Source: Candidatus Sumerlaeaceae bacterium (lineage in GTDB: Bacteria; Sumerlaeota; Sumerlaeia; Sumerlaeales; Sumerlaeaceae). Taken from it: a stretch of 43,569 nucleotides of DNA. This document shows positions 9,266-17,344 of the stretch, in pieces. The stretch lies in NCBI GenBank assembly GCA_026419455.1, contig JANZZJ010000255.1, forward strand, positions 1 to 43,569, in the 5' to 3' direction. Both the position numbers and the translations under genes were made by a program. The first letter of the stretch is position 1. The number at the start of each line of letters is the position of its first letter. The notes below the pieces were generated by a model. That model saw only the letters and a program-made list of their open reading frames with translations. It was not told the DNA's origin and ran no database searches.

Positions 9266-9300
9266 TCCCCCATCCGAAAGAGGACGGGGGATTTCTTTTT
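9266..9300 (+). terminator. Putative intrinsic terminator between the convergent sigma and aminotransferase genes
   Basis: TCCCCC / GGGGGA forms a stem with a 14-nt loop, followed by TTTCTTTTTT. An alternative GTCCTC/GAGGAC pairing overlaps it. Confidence 0.45.
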
Positions 9301-9304
9301 TACT

Positions 9305-10447
9305 TCACGGGAGGGCTTCTAGGAGTTGGTTGAGCTCTTTTTCGTCGTTATAAAAGTGCGGCGAAATCCTTAGGAATCCCCGCCGAGCAGCCACAAGAAT
9401 CCTTTTTTGCTGCAGTTCCTTCGCAAGAATCGCCGGATCTCCGGTAGGGAGTCGGACACTTACAATGCCAGCGCGCTCCTCCTGCGAACGAGGCGTGATT
9501 ACTTCATAATTTTTCTCGCTGAGTTTGCGGATGAGGAATTCGGTCAAAGTCAACACCCGCTCGCAGACATTCGGTATGCCTACGTCCAGAAGGAGGCGAA
9601 GGGAGCTTCCAAGAGCGTGTATCGTCATAAGGTTGTGGGAGCCCTCCTCGAAGCGCTTGGCATTGGGTTTATAAGGTTGATCATAAAGATCATAATCTTG
9701 GGGATTCAAGAGACCGCACCACCCGCACATACTCAGGTTCATGTCGTTGATACGGTCGGGGCGAACGTAGAGAATCCCACAGCCTTCCGGGGCGAGAAGC
9801 CATTTATGACCGTCCGCTGCTAGGAAGTCGATGCCAAGAGCCTCAACATCAATGGGAAGGACACCCAACCCCTGGATCGCATCAACAAAAAGGAAGACCC
9901 CTTTTTTGCGGCAAAGTTCGGCTATAGCCTCCAGATTGTTGCGAACACCTGTGGCATACTCCACCCATGAAACGGCTACGAGGCGCGTCCGGCTGTCAAT
10001 GGCATGCGCTAATTCCTCCAACGAATAGGTGAAATTGGATTTTTCTCTCACCATGCGGAACTCGACGCCACGCTCCCCCAGATTGCGCCAAGGGTGAACA
10101 TTGGCAGGGAATTCATGTTCAAAACCAACAACGTTGTCACCCTCACGCCAGCGCAGCGAGTTCGCTACAATGAGAACACCATGGGTTGTGTTGTGAACAA
10201 AACATACGTTTTCCGGCTTCGTATGAAGTAACTCGGCTGCAGCGGTGCGGGCCTGTGCCATTCCATGTAACCATGCCGCGTAGTTCGCAGGTCCCTCTTC
10301 AGCAGCGTCGCGCGCAAATTCAGTGATCGCGGTTTGAGTGGATGCAGGAATTGGGGCTACTCCAGCATGGTTAAGAAACACGTACTGCTCTTTTATTGGA
10401 AATTCGCTTTCCAAGCAAAAAGGGATTTCATTATGTGACATCATCAT
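9305..10447 (-). CDS. Class V PLP-dependent aminotransferase / cysteine-desulfurase-like enzyme
   Basis: The 380-aa ORF shows FLNHAGVAPIP near the N-terminus and the PLP-lysine context FLAADGHKWLLAPEGCGILYV. Overall length and layout fit aminotran_5 (CsdA / selenocysteine-lyase-like). Confidence 0.8.
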   Translation of the reverse strand: MMMSHNEIPFCLESEFPIKEQYVFLNHAGVAPIPASTQTAITEFARDAAEEGPANYAAWLHGMAQARTAAAELLHTKPENVCFVHNTTHGVLIVANSLRWREGDNVVGFEHEFPANVHPWRNLGERGVEFRMVREKSNFTYSLEELAHAIDSRTRLVAVSWVEYATGVRNNLEAIAELCRKKGVFLFVDAIQGLGVLPIDVEALGIDFLAADGHKWLLAPEGCGILYVRPDRINDMNLSMCGWCGLLNPQDYDLYDQPYKPNAKRFEEGSHNLMTIHALGSSLRLLLDVGIPNVCERVLTLTEFLIRKLSEKNYEVITPRSQEERAGIVSVRLPTGDPAILAKELQQKRILVAARRGFLRISPHFYNDEKELNQLLEALP

Positions 10448-10587
10448 GATGGTCCTCAGTTACTGGGTGTGAACTTAAGCCTGAGAGTATTTTCCCAAAC
10501 CAAATACACGTGAGAAGCCGCGTTGCGGAAGGTCAATCGTGTTGTTGTGGAGTCACCGCCACCGGCCTCCGAGTGGGTGTCTATGCG

Positions 10588-10953
10588 TCAGCGGTGAGCA
10601 GGGAAAACCTGCACCCGTGCACGCTCACGAGGATTCATAGGAGGCGCTATCACTTCGATCAAAGACGCACTTGTCTCTTCTCGCGCAGGCGGGTGAAGTG
10701 TGACAATTCCGCTCTGGAAGCGCCACTCCTTGGGCGTGGCAACCGTGGTTTTTGCCTGTAATATGGCACCGCGGAGCAGCCATTCGATGCGAGCCCGATC
10801 ATAACAACGCAGAACATGGTGGGTTTCCCTTATGTTCTGGCTACTGAGACCGAAGGCGAGAATTACGAGAACAGCAATCGCCCCGGTAAGATAGAGCATG
10901 GTAGTGCCGTAGGTGGCCGGCTTGGCCAGATAGGAACGATGGAGAAATCTCAT
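10588..10953 (-). CDS. Small pseudopilin-like membrane-anchored protein without Glu+5
   Basis: ATG 10953 forms an ATGA overlap with the stop of the upstream pilin gene. The ORF-track start at 10971 is an alternative. The N-terminus is MRFLHRSYLAKPATYG TTMLYLTGAIAVLVILAFGL, one hydrophobic helix after a Gly. It is the last gene of the filament module. Confidence 0.45.
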   Translation of the reverse strand: MRFLHRSYLAKPATYGTTMLYLTGAIAVLVILAFGLSSQNIRETHHVLRCYDRARIEWLLRGAILQAKTTVATPKEWRFQSGIVTLHPPAREETSASLIEVIAPPMNPRERARVQVFPAHR

Positions 10954-11537
10954 CGGTGCACCTCTTTCCAAAGCGGGTTCACTAGCGGAATCTTAGCCGA
11001 AGCGGTTATACGCACCTGATTGCGCAGATGATACGTCCCTAAGCCAGATTGACAGAGAAAACGGAGCTCGTGAACATCATACGGCTGGTGGTGCGCGTAA
11101 CATACGTTTTGGACATTTGACAGCAGTAGTGTTAGATGCGGCTTATGATTAGACGCCACGGCCGTTCCGCGAACGACTGTGGTTTTCCCTTTTTCGTGCG
11201 CGCTAATTTGATAAAAGCACGGATTCCGACTGTCTGTTGCGGGATACGAGATCGTTACAGTAGTGGTAAAAGCATCCTCTGATGCCTGTGCGCTCACCCT
11301 TACGTCCGAAGCGCCGTGGAAATCGTTGCGCCAAGTTCGGTCGAATTCTAGAAGTTCGGCGGTAACATATTCGTGCTCGCTGACAGCCCTTTCGAGACGG
11401 ATGATAAAGACAAATGACATGAAAAACCCCGCCGTCATAATAGCCAAAATTGCGATAGTGATCAGTGCTTCAATCAGCGTGAAGCCAATAGCCAGTTGAG
11501 ATGCAACTTGCATCCTGCCAAGAGATTGGCGTTGCAT
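10950..11537 (-). CDS. Prepilin-type N-terminal cleavage/methylation domain protein (pilin/pseudopilin)
   Basis: It has a class III signal: MQRQSLGRMQVASQLAIG|FTLIEALITIAILAIMTAGFF, the canonical G|FTLIE with Glu+5. Confidence 0.8.
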   Translation of the reverse strand: MQRQSLGRMQVASQLAIGFTLIEALITIAILAIMTAGFFMSFVFIIRLERAVSEHEYVTAELLEFDRTWRNDFHGASDVRVSAQASEDAFTTTVTISYPATDSRNPCFYQISAHEKGKTTVVRGTAVASNHKPHLTLLLSNVQNVCYAHHQPYDVHELRFLCQSGLGTYHLRNQVRITASAKIPLVNPLWKEVHR

Positions 11538-11540
11538 GGT

Positions 11541-11960
11541 TTAGTTCTCCTCTTTGGCCAACATTGTTTCGAGTGCTACCTTAAGCGGTTGCTGAGGGTG
11601 TTCTTTGCTTACTTCGGCCCGTAGATAAGGAACGTTCCCTTCGACAAGACCAATAACTACTTGCGAGCTATACGGCGGTTGAAGATCAGCTGTGGTAGGG
11701 TTGGTAAAAGAGAAGGTGCCAGTGGTGGGCATTCTTCCCGTCGTAGAAAATAGGGCATAGCGCCATTCCAACTCGTTTTGTGTCCAGATGAGCGCTCGCG
11801 CAATATCTCTGTGGCGGACAGCCGAGGACAAAGCTTTTTCAACGATGAAGAAAAAGCCAAGGAGCACCACCTGGCTGATAGCCATGGCGACTAATACTTC
11901 CCACAGCGTGACACCGTGGCGATGACGGTAGGAAGAATGTCTGTTCCAGAGCGTTTTCAT
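11541..11960 (-). CDS. Prepilin-type N-terminal cleavage/methylation domain protein (pilin/pseudopilin)
   Basis: It has a class III-like signal: MKTLWNRHSSYRHRHG|VTLWEVLVAMAISQVVLLGFFF, with Gly-1, Glu+5 and a hydrophobic helix. It is 139 aa. Confidence 0.7.
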   Translation of the reverse strand: MKTLWNRHSSYRHRHGVTLWEVLVAMAISQVVLLGFFFIVEKALSSAVRHRDIARALIWTQNELEWRYALFSTTGRMPTTGTFSFTNPTTADLQPPYSSQVVIGLVEGNVPYLRAEVSKEHPQQPLKVALETMLAKEEN

Positions 11961-11963
11961 AGG

Positions 11964-13043
11964 TTACTCCCCTAGCCTCACAAAGTATGTCCACCTCATG
12001 GCAGGTAGGAACACCGAGATGGCAAACGAGCCAACCATTACCCCGAGGACGAGAATGGCTAGCGGTTCGTACTTTTGGACAAGCACTTCGATGTTCCTTA
12101 TCTCGTCCGAAAGCCTCCTGCTAAGTTCACCCAAGTACTGAGGGAGGCGCTCGTAGCGTTCCGCTTGTTTGAGAAACCAGATTTCGCGCGCCGGGAAGAT
12201 CTGCGGACAGAGCGCAACAACGCCAGACAGCGGAGCGCCAAGTGCTAGCCCTTGTTTTGCGGCGTGCGCAGCACTGCTTACGAGAGGCAAGTCAGAATCT
12301 TCCGCAAGAGCGTCAAGGGCTTCAGAAAGAGGAATTCCATGCACTAATTGAAGCTCAAGAACGGAAACGAAGTGAAACTGCAGGTATCGACGAAACACTT
12401 GGCCATAACCGGGCATTCTGATGAGTATGCGGTGGAGTGCAGGATTTGCAGGCATTACCGCCCAAGCGATACCAAAAGCAACCGAGCAAACCCACGCAGC
12501 GGCAAAAGCTAATGCCACTCCGCGCATGGCCCAAATCGCATACTCGTGCAGATGACGCGCCGGAGCAGTAGGGTCAGAGAACCAGACGTGCTGGTGCATT
12601 TCCTCAATGAGTCGCCACTGGTGTGGGATTGCGATGAAGGCCACGACTGCCGAGATGATCGTCCCAACCGTAAGAACCGCAAAGGGATAGATTGCGGCTG
12701 TACGAAGTGCCGTCATCACATTGCGTCGCATCGCGAGAAATTGTGAGGCACGGGTGAGAGCTTCGCCAAGGTTGCCGCTCTTTTCTCCCGCTGCGACAAG
12801 CCCACGGACAATCGGATGAACCCACTCCTTAGCACGGGCGAGAGCCTCGCTCAACGAGCAGCCGTTGCTGTAGTGCGCAAAGATGCTGTCCAACAACTTT
12901 TGGAGTGAAGGTCGTTGAGCTTGCTCGCGTAGCATCATCAATCCTTCTCCTGCGTCCAGCCCGGCCGCATCGAGCTCGGCCAGTTCCGCTAAGACGGTTT
13001 CAATATCTGCATAGGTGTTACGCACGCCCGCCTCTCCTTTCAC
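11964..13043 (-). CDS. gspF: GspF/PilC-type inner-membrane platform protein (two T2SSF-like repeats)
   Basis: The 359-aa ORF has repeat 1, SLSEALARAKEWVHPIVRGLVAAGEKSGNLGEALTRASQFL, followed by a TM. Repeat 2 is PLSEALDALAEDSDLPLVSSAAHAAKQGLALGAPLSGV ... LPQYLGELSRRL, followed by a TM. Confidence 0.75.
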   Translation of the reverse strand: MKGEAGVRNTYADIETVLAELAELDAAGLDAGEGLMMLREQAQRPSLQKLLDSIFAHYSNGCSLSEALARAKEWVHPIVRGLVAAGEKSGNLGEALTRASQFLAMRRNVMTALRTAAIYPFAVLTVGTIISAVVAFIAIPHQWRLIEEMHQHVWFSDPTAPARHLHEYAIWAMRGVALAFAAAWVCSVAFGIAWAVMPANPALHRILIRMPGYGQVFRRYLQFHFVSVLELQLVHGIPLSEALDALAEDSDLPLVSSAAHAAKQGLALGAPLSGVVALCPQIFPAREIWFLKQAERYERLPQYLGELSRRLSDEIRNIEVLVQKYEPLAILVLGVMVGSFAISVFLPAMRWTYFVRLGE

Positions 13044-15139
13044 TCATAGGGGAAAAATTTATAAACGCTAAACATGACGATGTAAAAACTGGCAACAAAG
13101 CATACGAAGAAGCTCACAGTGGCGATGATCAGAAGAACGGAAAGCAGCATTTCTAACATTGCGGTCAAACACAGCGCACGGCGCTGATAGTTCTGCGCCA
13201 GGACCGCAAGAAGTGACGGCAGGTTTTCATGTTTGGCTCCCATGGCCAAATGAACCTTGAACCATGAGGGAAGTCCGCGAAGCGCCGCGAACGCGCGATG
13301 CAAAGGTTTTCCGCAACGAAGATGAGCAGTTAAGACTGGTACTTGACGCGCTAGAGCAGGATCGCCACTGGCAAAAACAGCGGTCTCAACAGCGCTTTCG
13401 ACTGGAACTTGCTTGGAGAGCTGAATACTTAGCGATTGAACTAAACGCCCTAACGCGCTTGCCCACCACACTTCCGCAAGGGGTGGCACAATGCGTGCCA
13501 CCAGACGGCGAAAATTCATCGAATGCAGAAAAGCAACTCGACCGACAAAGAAGCCAATGACAAGTGCAGGAAGAAGCCACGCGGCATGAACGGCTGCCGA
13601 GGCGGTAAATTCGAAAAAATCCAATGAGAGCGAACTCTTCGGAACAAAATAGCTGCTAATCTCAAGGTAGCGGGGAATGACAGTCTGCCACAGGAAAGAC
13701 GTCAGAACGATAGCAAAGAAGGTCTCAAGGAGATAAACTGACAACGTTTTTCTTCCCTCCCGAAAACGCCGTCGCTGACGCTGTCCGTCGGCGAGATAGC
13801 GGAGCATACGAGCTAAATCGACTTCATCCCTAGCGGAAGCAATTGCTGCTGCTTCCGCGGCGGAGAAGAAGCCGAAAGCGAATGCTGCTGCTTTCTCGAG
13901 GGAGTGGCCCCGTTCGAGATAAAACAGAAGGGGCGAGATTTGGCCCTTCACTCGAAGGAGGGCTTCGCTGATGAGGAAGCTACGTACAGCTTCGTGTAAC
14001 GGGTATCCGCTTTCGGCGGCAAGCGCAATGTGCTCGTAGAAATTTGCGCGCCAAGCGCCCGGAAACAAGTAGTGCCATACGGAACGAATGAAGCGTGCCC
14101 CCGCAAGCAACAGAAGTGGCAACAAAAACCATCCAAATAATATTGCGATACTGAGCTCACGCTGCCCCGTAATGCTGTCGACGACGAAAGCCATAACCCC
14201 GCCGAACACTGCTATCACCGTGTACCAAGAGAACGGCGCGGGGAGTTGGAGCCGGCGAAAACGGCGCGTTGGTAAACTAATTTCGATGGGAGAACTTGCA
14301 GGACGTATCCCAAGCACGATGAGCGGCACAAATAAGAGGAGAATTACAGTTACTGCCGCCACGCATATTAAATCGAAACCCGCATGAGGGACGGAAGTGG
14401 GCAGAATTTGTTGGCCTTGCTCTGAAAAAGATAGCGTTTCCGTTACGCGAGGCCATCCTGAAATGAGAGGAAAGAAGATCCAAAACCAGTAAGCCAGCGC
14501 CGCCAAAGTGAGGAATAAAAACACAGTTTTCCATCTGCGCCTTTCTGCCAACGATGCGGTTGAAGAAATGGGCCGATATAGCCAGGCCGTAGTTAGGGCA
14601 AAAATCACTAGCGTGTTAATCACTGTGACAGCTAAGGTCGGAAACCAGCTTGCCCAGTCGAGATCTCGAGCGACTGGCTTATGGATCACGTCGCGCCAAA
14701 AGGCGCCGAGACGACCAAACGCGGAAAGACTTGCAAAAACCAGAGCCGAGTAGAATGCGATGACTGATACTGGAAGAGCAGACTTTGGGAAACGAAGCAG
14801 AACATTTCTGACGCAAGCTTCGCATGAACGCACTAAAGCGTACAAGATTCCCCAGCCGACAAGAGCTAAGGTAATGCTGAGGTAGGTTCCTCGGTGCATT
14901 TGATACCCGTTTTCCGACAAAAAATACGGAATCAGCCACATGGCAAAGACAGCGATGATCACGACGAGAATGGCACCCAACCAGCTGCGGCGACGTGCTT
15001 GTGGGTGCTTTGGCGCGCTAACCAGCTTATCGAGATGACGAGCCCGCTCAGCGGACGATGGATGAACAGATTGTTTTGGTGGGCTTCCGTAGCTCAACTT
15101 TTGAGCCGCAGCCGATTTTTTGTCAGGCTTTCTGGTCAC
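13040..15139 (-). CDS. Fusion protein: a roughly 365-aa polytopic N-terminal domain of unknown family plus a GspF/PilC-type platform region (two T2SSF-like repeats)
   Basis: The 699-aa ORF has about eight hydrophobic spans by eye in residues 50-350. These are followed by YPLHEAVRSFLISEALLRVKGQISPLLFYLERGHSLEKAA...LARMLRYLADGQRQRRRF plus a TM, then PVESAVETAVFASGDPALARQVPVLTAHLRCGKPLHRAFAAL...LPSLLAVLAQNYQRR plus a TM. An ATGA overlap joins it to the next gene. Confidence 0.65.
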   Translation of the reverse strand: MTRKPDKKSAAAQKLSYGSPPKQSVHPSSAERARHLDKLVSAPKHPQARRRSWLGAILVVIIAVFAMWLIPYFLSENGYQMHRGTYLSITLALVGWGILYALVRSCEACVRNVLLRFPKSALPVSVIAFYSALVFASLSAFGRLGAFWRDVIHKPVARDLDWASWFPTLAVTVINTLVIFALTTAWLYRPISSTASLAERRRWKTVFLFLTLAALAYWFWIFFPLISGWPRVTETLSFSEQGQQILPTSVPHAGFDLICVAAVTVILLLFVPLIVLGIRPASSPIEISLPTRRFRRLQLPAPFSWYTVIAVFGGVMAFVVDSITGQRELSIAILFGWFLLPLLLLAGARFIRSVWHYLFPGAWRANFYEHIALAAESGYPLHEAVRSFLISEALLRVKGQISPLLFYLERGHSLEKAAAFAFGFFSAAEAAAIASARDEVDLARMLRYLADGQRQRRRFREGRKTLSVYLLETFFAIVLTSFLWQTVIPRYLEISSYFVPKSSLSLDFFEFTASAAVHAAWLLPALVIGFFVGRVAFLHSMNFRRLVARIVPPLAEVWWASALGRLVQSLSIQLSKQVPVESAVETAVFASGDPALARQVPVLTAHLRCGKPLHRAFAALRGLPSWFKVHLAMGAKHENLPSLLAVLAQNYQRRALCLTAMLEMLLSVLLIIATVSFFVCFVASFYIVMFSVYKFFPYE

Positions 15140-16391
15140 TGACTATCCCTCCCCGTAGGCGAATTGCTTCCTCGATGGAAATATGGTGGGCGAGCACCTC
15201 GTCGCGCAGGGCATGAGCCAAAGGACGCATACCGGCCACCACCAGGAGCTCAGCAATGTGGGAAGCTGTTGCTCGCTGGAGCACGGCTTCACGAACCTCA
15301 GCCGTAGGCAGGGCAAGTTCAAAAAGCGCGAATCGTCCTCGAGCCCCAATCCCTCTACACGCGGCACAACCGTTTGCAGAGACACCGATCAATTCAGGGA
15401 GTTCTTCACCTAGAAGAAGTCGTGCCTCCCAAGCTTCGACGAGACGCGGATGCGCACACTCGGGACACACGCGACGCGCAAGCCTTTGGGCGCAGATGCC
15501 TGTTACTGCCGAGGCCAGCAAGAAAGGTTCGATTCCCATGTGGAGTAGGCGTGCGTACACTTGTGCGGCGGTCCCTGAGTGGATAGTGGTAAGAACGCGA
15601 TGGCCACTTAAGCCAGCATGGATGGCAATTCGGGCGGTTTCTTCATCGCGGATCTCCCCTACCACAATCACGTCTGGGTCCATTCTGAGAATCGTTCGGA
15701 GGCCTGTTGCAAAAGTGAGTCCGCCAGCTGGATCTATTTGGGTTTGGTTCACCCCCGGCAATTCCTGCTCAATGGGGTCCTCGAGGGTGGCAATGTTCGG
15801 CGGATGAGCGAGCCGATCGAGTATGAAACGCAAGGCAGCGTAGATTGTTGTGCTTTTGCCACTGCTCGCAGGACCAGTCAGAAAGAGCACGCCGTGGCCG
15901 CCTAAAAGAATACGCTCCAGATTGATGCGGTCGCACTCTGACATTCCAAGATCTTTGAGATACAAAGGCGCATCAGTGACAGGCAGACGGAGGACAGCCT
16001 TTTCTCCGTGAAGCGTAGGCATGAATGCCGCGCGCACGCCGATGCCGCCCACGTCTACGCGCCCGTCTTGGGGAGCCCGCCGACGGTAGGTTAAAACCCG
16101 TGCCATCATTTTGAAACGGCCAATGAGGTTTTCACCAAGCGCTTTGGGGATATCGGCAACGGGGACAAGAATCCCTTCGAGACGGTAGCGCACTGCCCAC
16201 GCATCCCGTCCCGGTTCGATGTGAACATCGCTCGCTCCCAGCTTATCAGCGGATTCAAGAATGGCATCCGCAAGTTCAGGGATAGCAAGCTCTCCCTGGG
16301 TAATGAGGCGTTGGAACTCTGCTTTAAGTGCCTCTGGCAGAGCAGCCCGCGTTCCGTCACCAGCGGTGGGATATGTAGCATGGCTTCTCAT
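15123..16391 (-). CDS. gspE: GspE/PilB-family secretion ATPase (short form, without a long N-terminal domain)
   Basis: Walker A is LTGPASSGKST and the Asp box is ATLEDPIE. Walker B is DPDVIVVGEIRD and the His box is VLTTIHS. The tetracysteine motif CPEC...CAAC is present. The ORF is 422 aa. Confidence 0.9.
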   Translation of the reverse strand: MRSHATYPTAGDGTRAALPEALKAEFQRLITQGELAIPELADAILESADKLGASDVHIEPGRDAWAVRYRLEGILVPVADIPKALGENLIGRFKMMARVLTYRRRAPQDGRVDVGGIGVRAAFMPTLHGEKAVLRLPVTDAPLYLKDLGMSECDRINLERILLGGHGVLFLTGPASSGKSTTIYAALRFILDRLAHPPNIATLEDPIEQELPGVNQTQIDPAGGLTFATGLRTILRMDPDVIVVGEIRDEETARIAIHAGLSGHRVLTTIHSGTAAQVYARLLHMGIEPFLLASAVTGICAQRLARRVCPECAHPRLVEAWEARLLLGEELPELIGVSANGCAACRGIGARGRFALFELALPTAEVREAVLQRATASHIAELLVVAGMRPLAHALRDEVLAHHISIEEAIRLRGGIVSDQKA

Positions 16392-16444
16392 GATTTCGCC
16401 TTATTGGACGTGACGAGGTGGGCAACGGTTTACCACGAAGTTGG

Positions 16445-17344
16445 CTACTCAAGCAGCGGAACCTCTCGCTCGGACGACGGAGTAGTGCTACGTTGCTCAT
16501 AAACGAGCCATGCCACGGCACCGAATACCAAAGCTGCTCCAACCCAAAATCTTGCTGGCGGAAACTCGCCGAGAAAGACCACGGAGAAAAGTGAGCTCCA
16601 CGGTACCACCGTTAGCGATAGGAGACTTCCTTCAGCCGCCCTGACAGAACGGTATGCCTTGGTCATGACGAGCTGGGCAATCGCAGCGGAAGCAGCCATG
16701 AGAAAAAGCACCAGCCACTCGCTGACGTTTGGAATTTTGAACTCCACCACCACGAATGGAAGACTAAAAATAATGCCGACACCAGTGAAGAAAATGACAA
16801 TCCACCAAGATGACTCGACTTGGCGGAGACGCCGGACACTGACGATTGCGGCGCCAGTAAATACGCCGGCTAATAAACCCACAACATCGGCCAGAGATAT
16901 GGAGACAAAAGAGGTCGGCGAGAGCTCGAGGGTGATGGCAACGCCAACGACTGCAACCAACATGCTTACGAGCACACGTTGGGAGGGGCGCTCATCCAGT
17001 TCAAACCATGCTAAGAGAGTTGCCCATAGCGGATAAGTGTAACAATACAACGTGGCCTTTGGAAGCCCGCACCGATCGATAGCGTAGAAGTAACACAAAA
17101 GCGCGAGACTACCGAATACTCCACGCCAAACTAACCCGGAAAAGCGTCGTGGTCGGCCAAGTTTCTGGCCACTGGCAGCAACAAGCCCGAGGGTGATGAG
17201 CAACCCGAGTGTGCTTCGGAAAAATACCTTTTCAGCACTGGGTAGGTTGGTCAAAACACGAGTAAAAAGTGCCATAAATCCAAAACACAGGGCACTTAAA
17301 AGCATGAGAATACGGCCATAGGAAGAAGGCATAGACTCGCGCAT
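16445..17344 (-). CDS. EamA/DMT-superfamily transporter (10 TM)
   Basis: The 299-aa ORF has two EamA-like halves (LMLLSALCFGFMALFTRVL... and a second half beginning VVGLLAGVFTGAAIV). Its start ATG shares one base with the upstream stop (TAATG). Confidence 0.8.
   Translation of the reverse strand: MRESMPSSYGRILMLLSALCFGFMALFTRVLTNLPSAEKVFFRSTLGLLITLGLVAASGQKLGRPRRFSGLVWRGVFGSLALLCYFYAIDRCGLPKATLYCYTYPLWATLLAWFELDERPSQRVLVSMLVAVVGVAITLELSPTSFVSISLADVVGLLAGVFTGAAIVSVRRLRQVESSWWIVIFFTGVGIIFSLPFVVVEFKIPNVSEWLVLFLMAASAAIAQLVMTKAYRSVRAAEGSLLSLTVVPWSSLFSVVFLGEFPPARFWVGAALVFGAVAWLVYEQRSTTPSSEREVPLLE

Noticed and set aside
14045-15139. The N-terminal polytopic domain of the 699-aa platform protein might be the missing A24 prepilin peptidase. 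The cues were RDLDWASWFP and AGFDLI, which vaguely echo the two Asp motifs.
   Set aside because: There is no GxGD(F/V)K-type motif. The Asp spacing of about 95 aa does not match PilD as I recall it, and the resemblance rests on a few residues. It should be tested by HHpred but is not supportable by eye.
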